NCBI GenBank assembly: GCA_900617105.1
Contig: UYFQ01000001.1
Coordinates: 806,001-870,000 of the forward strand
Reading direction: 5' to 3'
Source of the DNA: Hydrurus foetidus
Taxonomy: Eukaryota
DNA: 64,000 bases
The position numbers were made by a program, and so were the translations under genes. Of the stretch, positions 48,273-56,913 are shown piece after piece. Under the pieces are notes generated by a model. The model ran no database searches, had not been told where the DNA came from, and worked only from the letters and a program-made list of their open reading frames with translations. How positions within the stretch are numbered: position 1 is the first letter of the stretch; every line of letters starts with the position of its first letter.

Positions 48273-49355
48273 ATGAAGATGGTTCAAATTGATCTTAGAG
48301 AATTTTCGTCATTGTTCCAGCAGGGTCTGAAAGGGAATGCTGTAAGTTTCTCATTGCTCGGTCGCAGGCTGGTTAGCAAGCTGAAAAAAGTCGACCCAAC
48401 CGCAGCAAATGAACTTTCCGAACTTCTCTCCGGCGATTCTTCGACGCGCTCCGCAATTCAGCCTGTAGACCTAGATAGCCGTAAAGGGCTTCTGAAAGAA
48501 AACACCAAAGTGGTTTTGGACTACGAACCGATTTGGCCAATAGCGGTTCAAACACCATTGGAGTCAGTGATTTTGGAAAGGAAATCAGCGTCGCGCCTAA
48601 GGCAGGCTGGACTGGAGCCAATTCGAGCACTCCTATTCCAAGGGCCACCAGGGGTTGGAAAAACCTTGGCTTGTCAATGGCTTGCCCGTGAACTGGACTT
48701 GCCTCTGCTTACGCTGGATTTGGCAACGGTAATGAGTAGTCTGCTCGGCAAAACGGGTACCAACATCAGAGCAGTCGTTGATTACGCCAAGAGCTTTCCT
48801 TGCATTCTGCTGCTGGATGAATTTGACTCAATTGCCAAGCGACGCGACGACGAAAGAGACGTGGGTGAGCTAAAACGATTGGTGACGGTATTGCTACAGG
48901 CGATTGACGAATGGCCTTCAACATCGTTGCTAGTTGCTGCAACCAATCATCCCGACTTGCTCGATCCCGCAGTGTGGAGGCGCTTTGATCTGCAAATCAG
49001 CTTTGACAACCCTCCACGCGATGCAATTGCTGAGTTTTTGGCGGCCGAAGAAATCCCGAAGGAAAACACTTCGATGCTTGCAGTTCTATTTGAAGGAATG
49101 TCGTTTGCCGACCTTCGTCGCACCATTTTGTCGGCAAGAAAAAAGGCCGTATTGAGCGATCAGAAATTTGTTGACATGCTCTTGAACGAGGCACTGACAC
49201 TTGCAGAAACAACGGGTAAGGCAAGTACCGAAGTACGGAACATGCGAATAGTTCAACTATTCGAAGCAGGACATTCTCAGAGAAAGATTGCCGAGCTTTT
49301 GGGTGTTTCACACCCAACCGTTGGACGTGCAATTAAGGACACAAAAAGGGAGTAA
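48273..49355 (+). CDS. AAA+ ATPase with C-terminal HTH (IetA-like)
   Basis: Walker A GPPGVGKT, Walker B LLLDEFD, GELKRLV, AATNH..LLDPAVWRRFD and tail HSQRKIAELLGVSHPTVGRAI. Confidence 0.88.
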   Translation: MKMVQIDLREFSSLFQQGLKGNAVSFSLLGRRLVSKLKKVDPTAANELSELLSGDSSTRSAIQPVDLDSRKGLLKENTKVVLDYEPIWPIAVQTPLESVILERKSASRLRQAGLEPIRALLFQGPPGVGKTLACQWLARELDLPLLTLDLATVMSSLLGKTGTNIRAVVDYAKSFPCILLLDEFDSIAKRRDDERDVGELKRLVTVLLQAIDEWPSTSLLVAATNHPDLLDPAVWRRFDLQISFDNPPRDAIAEFLAAEEIPKENTSMLAVLFEGMSFADLRRTILSARKKAVLSDQKFVDMLLNEALTLAETTGKASTEVRNMRIVQLFEAGHSQRKIAELLGVSHPTVGRAIKDTKRE

Positions 49356-49950
49356 CCATGGCTGAACGAAATTTGCTATTGAGTGGTGGGGAAAAACTTG
49401 CAAGCAGAGCCGAGATAGTTCGAGGGTCTGGCCCCAAGAAGAAACCTTATTCAATTTCTGAGGTCAGAGAGGCGCTTCTGGCACCCATACGAAATATTGA
49501 AGAAAGGTTGGAGAAAGTATCTAGCGAAGCCAAGCCACGAGGCGAAGGAGTCTTTGAGTTAACGCTGCATCCAGCGTTCCTCGCAAAGTCGTATTACCCT
49601 GCCGATTTACTCAGGGACATTGGGTTGAGGGATGTTGGCAGCAGGGAAAGAACCATTGTTCCAAGAAAGGTGACGGAGGAAAGACTCGCCGGGAAACCTC
49701 ACTCAACTGCATCACTTTTTGTCGCCGGAAATGCGGCTGGAATTGGTAAGTTCAGGGAATACTTGACGAGCCTGGAAACCTCTCCCGCCATCCAAAATAG
49801 GCTCATATCCATCGAGTCGGTTAAGTGGATTGACTCCCTCAGCAAGTTCAAAGGCGTTTTGCCGGACGATGATATTCAACATTCCTTTGAAATTGCAATT
49901 CATGCTGGGGCATCTGAAGAAGATATCGTTGTCGCTTTTCAGCGTCTTGC

Positions 49951-51282
49951 GAGGGTGTAAGAAGTTTTGTGTAAACGGTCTTTTGGCAGGAAACTGCCGT
50001 CTTGCATGGAGCAATGATGACCGTAGAACAGAAACCCTTACCCGCCGAACTGATAGACGCACTGCTGGCAGACTACAAAAAGCCTGAAGATTTGATTGGC
50101 CAGAACGGCATCCTCAAGCAACTCACCAAGGCCCTGGTAGAACGCGCACTGCAGGCCGAGCTGACAGAGCACCTGGGTCACAGCAAGAACCAATTGGTGG
50201 CCAACGAGGCAGGCAACACCCGCAACGGACGCAGCAAGAAGACCCTCAAGGGCGACTTTGGTGAACTGCCCATTGAAATCCCCCGTGACCGGGCGGGCAC
50301 GTTCGAACCCCAAATCATCACCAAGCACCAGACCCGCTGGAGCGGCTTTGACGACAAGATACTGTCGCTCTACGCCCGGGGCATGACAGTGCGCGAAATT
50401 CAAAGCCACCTGCAGGAAATGTATGGCGCTGAAGTTTCACCCACCCTAATCTCCTCGGTGACCGATGCCGTCATGGATGAGGTCAAAACCTGGCAGGCTC
50501 GTCCATTGGACGCGCTGTACCCCATCGTTTACATGGACTGCATTCACGTCAAGGTGCGCGACAACGGCGCAGTACGGGTCAAGGCCCTGTACCTGGCCAT
50601 TGGTGTCAACCTAGACGGCCTCAAGGAGGTGCTGGGCCTGTGGATGGCCCAGACGGAAGGTGCCAAGTTCTGGCTGCAAGTGGTGACCGAGTTGAAGAAC
50701 CGTGGTGTGGCCGACATCTTCATTGCCTGTGTCGATGGCCTCAAGGGCTTGCCGGATGCGATTGAGGCCGTGTTCCCCAAGACTGCTGTGCAGCTCTGTT
50801 TGGTTCACATGGTGCGCCACAGCCTGAACTTCGTGGGCTGGAAACAGCGCAAGGAAGTGGCCGCCGATTTGCGCATGATCTACAGCGCCGCCACTGAGGA
50901 CGAGGCCCTGCTGCGGCTGACGGAATTTGAGGGCAAATGGGATGCATCATTCGCCCCGATTGGTCAGTCCTGGCGGCGCAACTGGGCACGCCTGACGCCA
51001 TTCTTTGACTACCCGCCAGACATCCGCAAAGTGATTTACACGACCAATGCCATTGAATCGGTGAATATGAGCCTACGCAAAATCACGAAGACCCGCGGGT
51101 CATTTCCAACCGATGACGCGGTATTCAAATTGTTCTATCTGGCACTGAACAACATCAGTCAGAAATGGACGATGCCGATTCGGGATTGGAAGGCCGCCCT
51201 GAATCGATTTACCATTCAGTTTGACGAGCGTATGCCGCGCGTCTAACTTAATCGCCGTTTACACAAAATCCGGGACACCCTC
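49951..51282 (+). mobile_element. IS256-family insertion sequence (1332 bp)
   Basis: Imperfect 28-bp TIRs GAGGGTGT......TTTTGTGTAAACGG; 8-bp TSD CGTCTTGC at 49943-50 and 51283-90. Confidence 0.93.
50014..51246 (+). CDS. IS256-family transposase
   Basis: RNG.S.KT, PRDR..TFEP, YPIVYMDC, DGLKG, QLCLVH and YTTNAIES motifs. Confidence 0.95.
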   Translation: MMTVEQKPLPAELIDALLADYKKPEDLIGQNGILKQLTKALVERALQAELTEHLGHSKNQLVANEAGNTRNGRSKKTLKGDFGELPIEIPRDRAGTFEPQIITKHQTRWSGFDDKILSLYARGMTVREIQSHLQEMYGAEVSPTLISSVTDAVMDEVKTWQARPLDALYPIVYMDCIHVKVRDNGAVRVKALYLAIGVNLDGLKEVLGLWMAQTEGAKFWLQVVTELKNRGVADIFIACVDGLKGLPDAIEAVFPKTAVQLCLVHMVRHSLNFVGWKQRKEVAADLRMIYSAATEDEALLRLTEFEGKWDASFAPIGQSWRRNWARLTPFFDYPPDIRKVIYTTNAIESVNMSLRKITKTRGSFPTDDAVFKLFYLALNNISQKWTMPIRDWKAALNRFTIQFDERMPRV

Positions 51283-52630
51283 CGTCTTGCAAGAGGCATT
51301 CATGCATCGGTTGATCTTTCCCGGCGTATCCGTGCCGGTGGGCTCACATTTGTGCCGGTGAAGGCAACGTCCGCCCAAATCAAACAACTTCTGAATTTCA
51401 CCTTTTTGAGGGTCGCAAGGGTTATGCCTAACCTGCGTATGGCTGAACCAATTGCCATACGACAAACAATGCCTGCCATACCCTTCTCAATGCCAACGGT
51501 TCCGGCCTTGAATCCCAACGAACGTGTAGCGATATTTGACGGTGGTCTTGGAACCAACGATCTTGCAACCTGGACCACAGAGCACGTCTATGAAGAGACT
51601 TCGGAAACGGCGGGTGCCTTGCTCATGCACGGTTCGGAGGTGACTTCCACATTTTTGTTTGGGCGGCCAGTCCCTGGCCAGCCTATTGGCAGACCTTATA
51701 TGAATGTTGATCATTACCGGGTGCTCGGGCCACATTCTGGCCGTGACCCGGATTTGTTTGACGTGCTACTGCGCATTAAAACCGTGCTTGAAACTGGCAA
51801 CTACAGATTTGCAAACTTGAGTCTGGGTCCAAGAATGCCAATTGACGATGACGAAGTTCACGCATGGACGGCAATACTGGATCAGCTTTGTGCTAATTTT
51901 GAAATACTGATCACCGTCGCGGTGGGCAATGACGGCGAAGCGACAGGCGCTGATCGAATTCAGCCACCGGGCGATATGGTGAACGCGCTGGCAATTGGAG
52001 CATGTGACTCACCTGGAAACAAATGGAAGAGAGCTCCATACAGTTGCGTTGGACCTGGCAGAAGTCCAGGTTATGTAAAGCCAGATGGTGTTGCATTTGG
52101 TGGAACTCAAAGTGAGCCATTTACCGTTTTCAACCCCATTCTTCAAAGCGTAGTTGGGGTACAAGGCACAAGCTACTCGGCCCCATTGACGCTGCGCACT
52201 GCCGCTGGAGTGGCTGCGACCACCACATTCGATTTGCCATCCATCGCATTGAAGGCGCTATTGATACACCACGCCGACGCCACTGCTCGCATCTCCCGAA
52301 GTGAGATTGGCTGGGGGAGATTTAAAGAGGACTGCGCTGAATTGATCGAGTGCTCCGCCGAGTCTGCGACGATTGTCTTTAAGGCGACGCTCGCCAAGGG
52401 CGAGTATCGACGCTGCCCGATACCATTTCCCGACCAGGTGTTGCCTGGAAAAGTTGGGATAAAGGCTACGTTTTGCATAAATGCGCACACCGATCCTGAG
52501 CACGCTGTCAATTACACGCGATCAGGTATGGGGATCACGTTCCGTCCGCGGTATGGGATTAATGAAACTGCTTCGTCTGATTTTTTTGGCATCAACTCAC
52601 AATACAAAAATTCGGAGCGAGAGCTTAGGG

Positions 52631-54040
52631 CATCTCGTTATACACAACTCTCCCGAGCCTAAGGTATGCTGCGAATTTAATAGCATGAAACACAAGTGAA
52701 CTGGGCAAAAAGGGAGTTTGAGACGATGGATTTGGGCGACAAGAGGCGCAACAAACGGGCAATCAAGATGATGGAAGGCTTCAGCGCCATGCCCACCGGC
52801 AGCATCCCCCAAGCCTGCGGGGACTGGGCCGACACCTTAGGGGCGTACCGCTTCTTCGATAACGATGCTTTCGCATGGACTGACATCTTGGAGCCCCACG
52901 TCCAAAGCAGCATGACCCGCATGGCGGCACACCCTGTCGTGCTGTGCATCCAAGACACCACCGAACTCGACTTCAACGGCCAGCAAGCTGCGGGACTGGG
53001 ACCCCTGAGCTACGCGCCACAGCGCGGCATGTACCTGCACCCCACCTACGCCATTTCTACCACCCGCGAACCGCTGGGCGTGCTGGACGCATGGATGTGG
53101 GCACGCAAGGCAAAAAATGCTGACGGCACACGCCCCGGAGTCAGCGAGAGTTTGCGCTGGACAGAAGGCTACGAACGCCTGGCCGAGATAGCCCCGCTGC
53201 TGCCCCTTACCCGACTGGTGTACTTGGCAGACCGCGAGGCCGACATCATGGAGTTAATGGTGCGTGCCCGCGAACTCCAAACCCCGGTGGACTGGCTGGT
53301 GCGCTCCAAACACAACCGCGCACTGGGGGCGGGAGCCAAACTGTGGCCCCAAGTAACGGCCACCCAAGCCCTGGGCACGATCCGTTTCACCATGCCTGCG
53401 CGACAGGGCAAAGCCACCCGCGAGGTAGAGCAACAGGTGTGGGCTAAAACCGTGCAACTGCGCGACGGCAAAGGCGGCTTTGTCACAGCCAGCTGCATCG
53501 TGGCACGCGAGATGACACCACCAGCGGGACAGACGGCCATCGAATGGCGACTGCTGACCAACCGGGACGTGGCCACACTGGCACAGGCCACCGAGATGAT
53601 CGACTGGTACCGCGCCCGCTGGGAGATAGAGATGTTCTTCCATGTCCTCAAGAACGGTTGCCACGTGGAGGCATTGCAGCTGGGCGACATTGACAGGATC
53701 GAGCGTGCGGTGGTGATGTACATGATCGTCGCGTGGCGTATTGCGCGGCTGATGCGACTGGGGCGCAGTTGCCCGGAAATGGATGCGGCACTCATGTTTG
53801 AGGCGGATGAATGGAAGGCCGCCTACATCCTGAACAAAGAAAAGATACCGGACAAGCCGCCCACCCTGAATGAAGTGGTTCGACTGGTCGCTCGTCTGGG
53901 TGGTTTCTTGGCACGCAAAGGGGATGGGGAGCCGGGTGTCAAAACCATCTGGCTGGGTATGCAGCGCATCATTGACTTCGCTGCTGGGATCAGGTTCTCA
54001 CGGGAGCTTCTGGCTCAGGGGATTTGTGTATAACGAGATG
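52631..54040 (+). mobile_element. IS4-family (IS50/Tn5-like) insertion sequence (1410 bp)
   Basis: Perfect 17-bp TIR CATCTCGTTATACACAA; 9-bp TSD AGCTTAGGG at 52622-30 and 54041-49. Confidence 0.93.
52696..54033 (+). CDS. IS4-family transposase
   Basis: WA..EF...LGD.R, QDTTEL, DREAD, WYRARWEIEMFF.VLK (YREK) and LGGFLARKGDGEPG motifs. Confidence 0.95.
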   Translation: MNWAKREFETMDLGDKRRNKRAIKMMEGFSAMPTGSIPQACGDWADTLGAYRFFDNDAFAWTDILEPHVQSSMTRMAAHPVVLCIQDTTELDFNGQQAAGLGPLSYAPQRGMYLHPTYAISTTREPLGVLDAWMWARKAKNADGTRPGVSESLRWTEGYERLAEIAPLLPLTRLVYLADREADIMELMVRARELQTPVDWLVRSKHNRALGAGAKLWPQVTATQALGTIRFTMPARQGKATREVEQQVWAKTVQLRDGKGGFVTASCIVAREMTPPAGQTAIEWRLLTNRDVATLAQATEMIDWYRARWEIEMFFHVLKNGCHVEALQLGDIDRIERAVVMYMIVAWRIARLMRLGRSCPEMDAALMFEADEWKAAYILNKEKIPDKPPTLNEVVRLVARLGGFLARKGDGEPGVKTIWLGMQRIIDFAAGIRFSRELLAQGICV

Positions 54041-54643
54041 AGCTTAGGGATGCCGCACACAAGTGGGAAACTACGCTTCACCGCGACAGAACCTTCAATG
54101 ATTCGTCTAATCTTGCTGGACCAGTTTTTGATATTGAATATCACGCGCGCGCGGCTAGTAGATCAGTGGGACCAAAATCTGCCCCAGATGTTTCATTTGC
54201 GCTGGTAGTCACCCTCTACGCGCCAGGTGTTCCAAATCTGTACGATCTGATTCGCCAGAAGTATCCGGTGCTTACACCAGTTGAATTGAGAACAGCAATA
54301 CAGATTGAAAGCTGAAATTTGGGCGCTATTGTCGGCGGCTGTCTCGAGGGAAATTGGCTAGCCAGTAAATAGCCATTGGTGAAAACCTGCAATCGCACAC
54401 CTGCCTCAGACTTTCCCGCTGCCAATGTCGGCACGATAGATCTGCAGGTGTGAATTGACTGGCAACTTTATGGAACATCACTGTCAGTCCGGTGAGCCGC
54501 ATGTTACAAGTTCTACGTTGAGCTGTCATTTAAAGAAATTCATCGTCGGCTTCGGGCACTGACCCGACTGCGGCAGGAGATCGACGAATGCCAGCAATGG
54601 ATCTGTGGCCGACCATGAAGAACGCAACGTTAATTGTCAGGAA

Positions 54644-55137
54644 TCAATGTTGACGACCAACTGGTTCACTTGGGATAAGTGACGATTGAACGGCCCAAGT
54701 ACCTGCAAGACATACCCGAGCCATGGTCTCCAACTTTGGCCCGCCACGATCATCTGACAAACAAGATTGAATCATTTCCGGAGCTAATCGAATCAACTGT
54801 GCCGTCTGAGTTACCTGGCCGCGATCCATACCCTCGGCAGCAGAAATTGTTGTCAGTGATCGGTATTACCCTCATCAAGCTGCCGCTGCCAGTAGTGCGC
54901 CAGCCCCAGCGCTCGAATCAACGGGGTGTCCTTGACGTGCTTGCGTGCACTTTGCTCCAAGACCGCTTTCTTCTGAAAATGCTCTGGCGCATCAATTGGC
55001 GTGATCACTTGCCGCTTGACACCTCGCTTGACTAACGTCCACGGAATGAACGTCTCCATTTGGACACCGCCTGCTGGCGCTGGAATTTGGTAGCTGACCG
55101 GCGTACCAGTCACCATGCCCCTGTCATTTTTTGCAAT
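54644..55137 (-). pseudogene. Frameshifted small phage/integrative-element gene
   Basis: METFIPWTLVKRG..RQVITP...TPLIRALGLAHYWQRQLDEG continues out of frame into MDRGQVTQ...LAPEMI (HTH-like). Resembles genes I recall beside serine recombinases in betaproteobacterial elements. Confidence 0.45.
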
Positions 55138-55231
55138 GTTGGTTCCTATTTGAAGCCGTTGATGATGGTGGACTGGCTCTGCCAGTCCACTGGAAGCCGG
55201 TTGCGTTGAAATCACATCAAGTTCAGCCGCC

Positions 55232-55447
55232 GTGGTTGTGTGCAGGACACCGGAACAACGGCAAAAGCAGCGCGAAGCCATTCAGCGGTGGAAACCGTGG
55301 AAACAGTCCACCGGGCCGCAAAGCCAAGAAGGTAAGGCGGTGGCATCGCAGAATGCTTTCACTGGTGGGCACACATTAAAGCTGCGTGGGATCATTAAAG
55401 TGTTGCATCAAGCGTTGCGCCAGCAAAGGGACTGGCTGCACAGGTGA
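55232..55447 (+). CDS. Small phage-associated protein (STGP..EGK..S.NA motif)
   Basis: RWKPWKQSTGPQSQEGKAVASQNA resembles HGGxSTG-like phage proteins; the start is uncertain. Confidence 0.45.
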   Translation: MVVCRTPEQRQKQREAIQRWKPWKQSTGPQSQEGKAVASQNAFTGGHTLKLRGIIKVLHQALRQQRDWLHR

Positions 55448-55556
55448 CACGGGGCCGGGCGCAATGTGTTGTATTCCAAGCATTGAAATTGCCCTTTCTT
55501 GAATGCAACGCGGCTGGCATTGATTGTTTGATTTTTGGGGCTACCCATGACTTTTT

Positions 55557-55650
55557 GGGGGTACAGACGGGGGTACAAATATGTTTTTTAAAAATGAAAA
55601 CCTAGCATTCATGCGGGTTTCAAGGCATCTTTCAATTGACCCCAGCACCA
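55557..55650 (+). repeat. Putative attR: arm-type direct repeats plus damaged ssrA 3' fragment
   Basis: GGGGGTACA at 55557 and 55569; TTCAATTGACCCCAGC---ACCA versus ssrA TTCAAATCCCCCCAGCTCCACCA. Confidence 0.6.
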
Positions 55651-55654
55651 GATT

Positions 55655-55689
55655 AAAAATCCAACCGGGTCTCCGGTTGGATTTTTTTT
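55655..55689 (+). terminator. Intrinsic terminator after the att fragment
   Basis: AAAAATCCAACCGG-GTCT-CCGGTTGGATTTTT followed by T run. Confidence 0.75.
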
Positions 55690-55809
55690 GCCTATCCCCG
55701 CATGTTCATTGGGGTTCCCGAGGGTTCTTGCTTTCGGCGAACACACACTGAAGGCGTGCTGAGATCCAGAGATACCATTCAGCCATATGATCACCGTGTG
55801 GTGAAAAGC

Positions 55810-56235
55810 TTAGCCAAATGGTGCCTCATCGGGCTGCGTTGCCACAAGAATCTGGATTGTGAAGATCAGATCGCGTATCTTGAATGGCTTGAGCAGAATG
55901 CGCTGAACGTTGAGCGATTTAAGCTTGCTGGCCAATTGCACATCACATTGCTCGGTCGTGACTGACACGGGCATATCCACCGAACATCTGAGTTGCCCTT
56001 GTCGCAGCTGGTGGATCATGCCGAGTGCATGTCCGTCATCGTCCAGGGACGTTATCAGGCCGCAAAATAACTGGTTTTCCAGAAATAGATGTGCACTCTG
56101 ATGGTTGGAGATCAATTTCACTGGGCGCAGCTTTAATTGCCTAGCCGTGGAAAGAATGATGCTTCCGATCATTGCGCTCTTTTCAACTAACAATATTTCG
56201 TCAGCCGTTTTCGATACAAAATTTTCGGATGCCAT
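55810..56235 (-). CDS. Atypical single-domain response regulator (receiver-like)
   Basis: ILLVE N-terminus, PVSVTT and ILLKPF C-terminus. The usual phosphoacceptor Asp is not evident. Confidence 0.55.
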   Translation of the reverse strand: MASENFVSKTADEILLVEKSAMIGSIILSTARQLKLRPVKLISNHQSAHLFLENQLFCGLITSLDDDGHALGMIHQLRQGQLRCSVDMPVSVTTEQCDVQLASKLKSLNVQRILLKPFKIRDLIFTIQILVATQPDEAPFG

Positions 56236-56729
56236 TACATCGACTCTTTGGCGACGAGTTGCTCAACCACCAGATCACGCAGGCTACTCAATATTGCCAA
56301 TGAAATCGTGTCCATCTCGTGTGGAATCATGTCATGGAGACACAGCGTCCCTACGACTTGACCGGAAGGCATTCGCAGGCAGGCACCCGCATAAAAACGA
56401 ACATACGGCGGGTTGACCACATGCGGATTGTCTGCAAACCGTGCATCGAGCAAGGCGTCGGGCACCACAAGCGTTTCATCGGAAACGATGGCATGACCAC
56501 AAAAGGAAATATCACGGGGTGCTTCGCACAAATCTAAACCGATGCGTGACTTGAACCAAGTGCGATCCGCATCGACCAGCGATACAAGTGCGATCGGCAC
56601 GTCAAATTCCTGTGCCGCAAAGGCTGCAATGCGGTCGAAGCGTTCTTCAGGTGGGGTGTCAAGGATCAGGAGTGCTCGCAATGCGGCAAGCCGGTCTCCT
56701 TCGTCCTTTGGTATCGGTGCGATTTCCAT
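56235..56729 (-). CDS. Stand-alone GAF domain protein
   Basis: RLAALRALLILDTPPEERFDRI, SFCGHAI, DARFADNP.V and RFYAG...GTLC motifs. Confidence 0.88.
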   Translation of the reverse strand: MEIAPIPKDEGDRLAALRALLILDTPPEERFDRIAAFAAQEFDVPIALVSLVDADRTWFKSRIGLDLCEAPRDISFCGHAIVSDETLVVPDALLDARFADNPHVVNPPYVRFYAGACLRMPSGQVVGTLCLHDMIPHEMDTISLAILSSLRDLVVEQLVAKESM

Positions 56730-56913
56730 TGCTTCTGTATTCCTAATGTACGGATAGGCAGTTCAACTGAATCGGGACAAGTATCGCACCTTGAAAGCGC
56801 CCTCAATCCGCGTGATTCACTGGATGTAACGTCTCACCAATAAGGTTCAGCATCAAGGTTTGCCTGTGCGGGATCCACTTTAGTTTTCGCGCCAGCCACA
56901 ATGCGGCTTGAAA

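Larger units (their letters stand above)
49358..54315 (+). pseudogene. S8 subtilisin-like serine protease (IetS-like) interrupted by two IS elements
   Basis: Segments 49358-49950, 51291-52630 and 54050-54315 join in frame (2199 nt, 732 aa). Triad motifs VAIFDGG, HGSEVTS, GTSYSAP and oxyanion AVGNDG are present. Confidence 0.9.
45137..55650. mobile_element. Degenerate genomic island at the ssrA 3' end (no integrase left)
   Basis: Damaged copy of the ssrA 3' end at 55631-55650, GGGGGTACA direct repeats before it, visibly AT-richer cargo, three IS elements and phage-like remnants. Confidence 0.65.
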
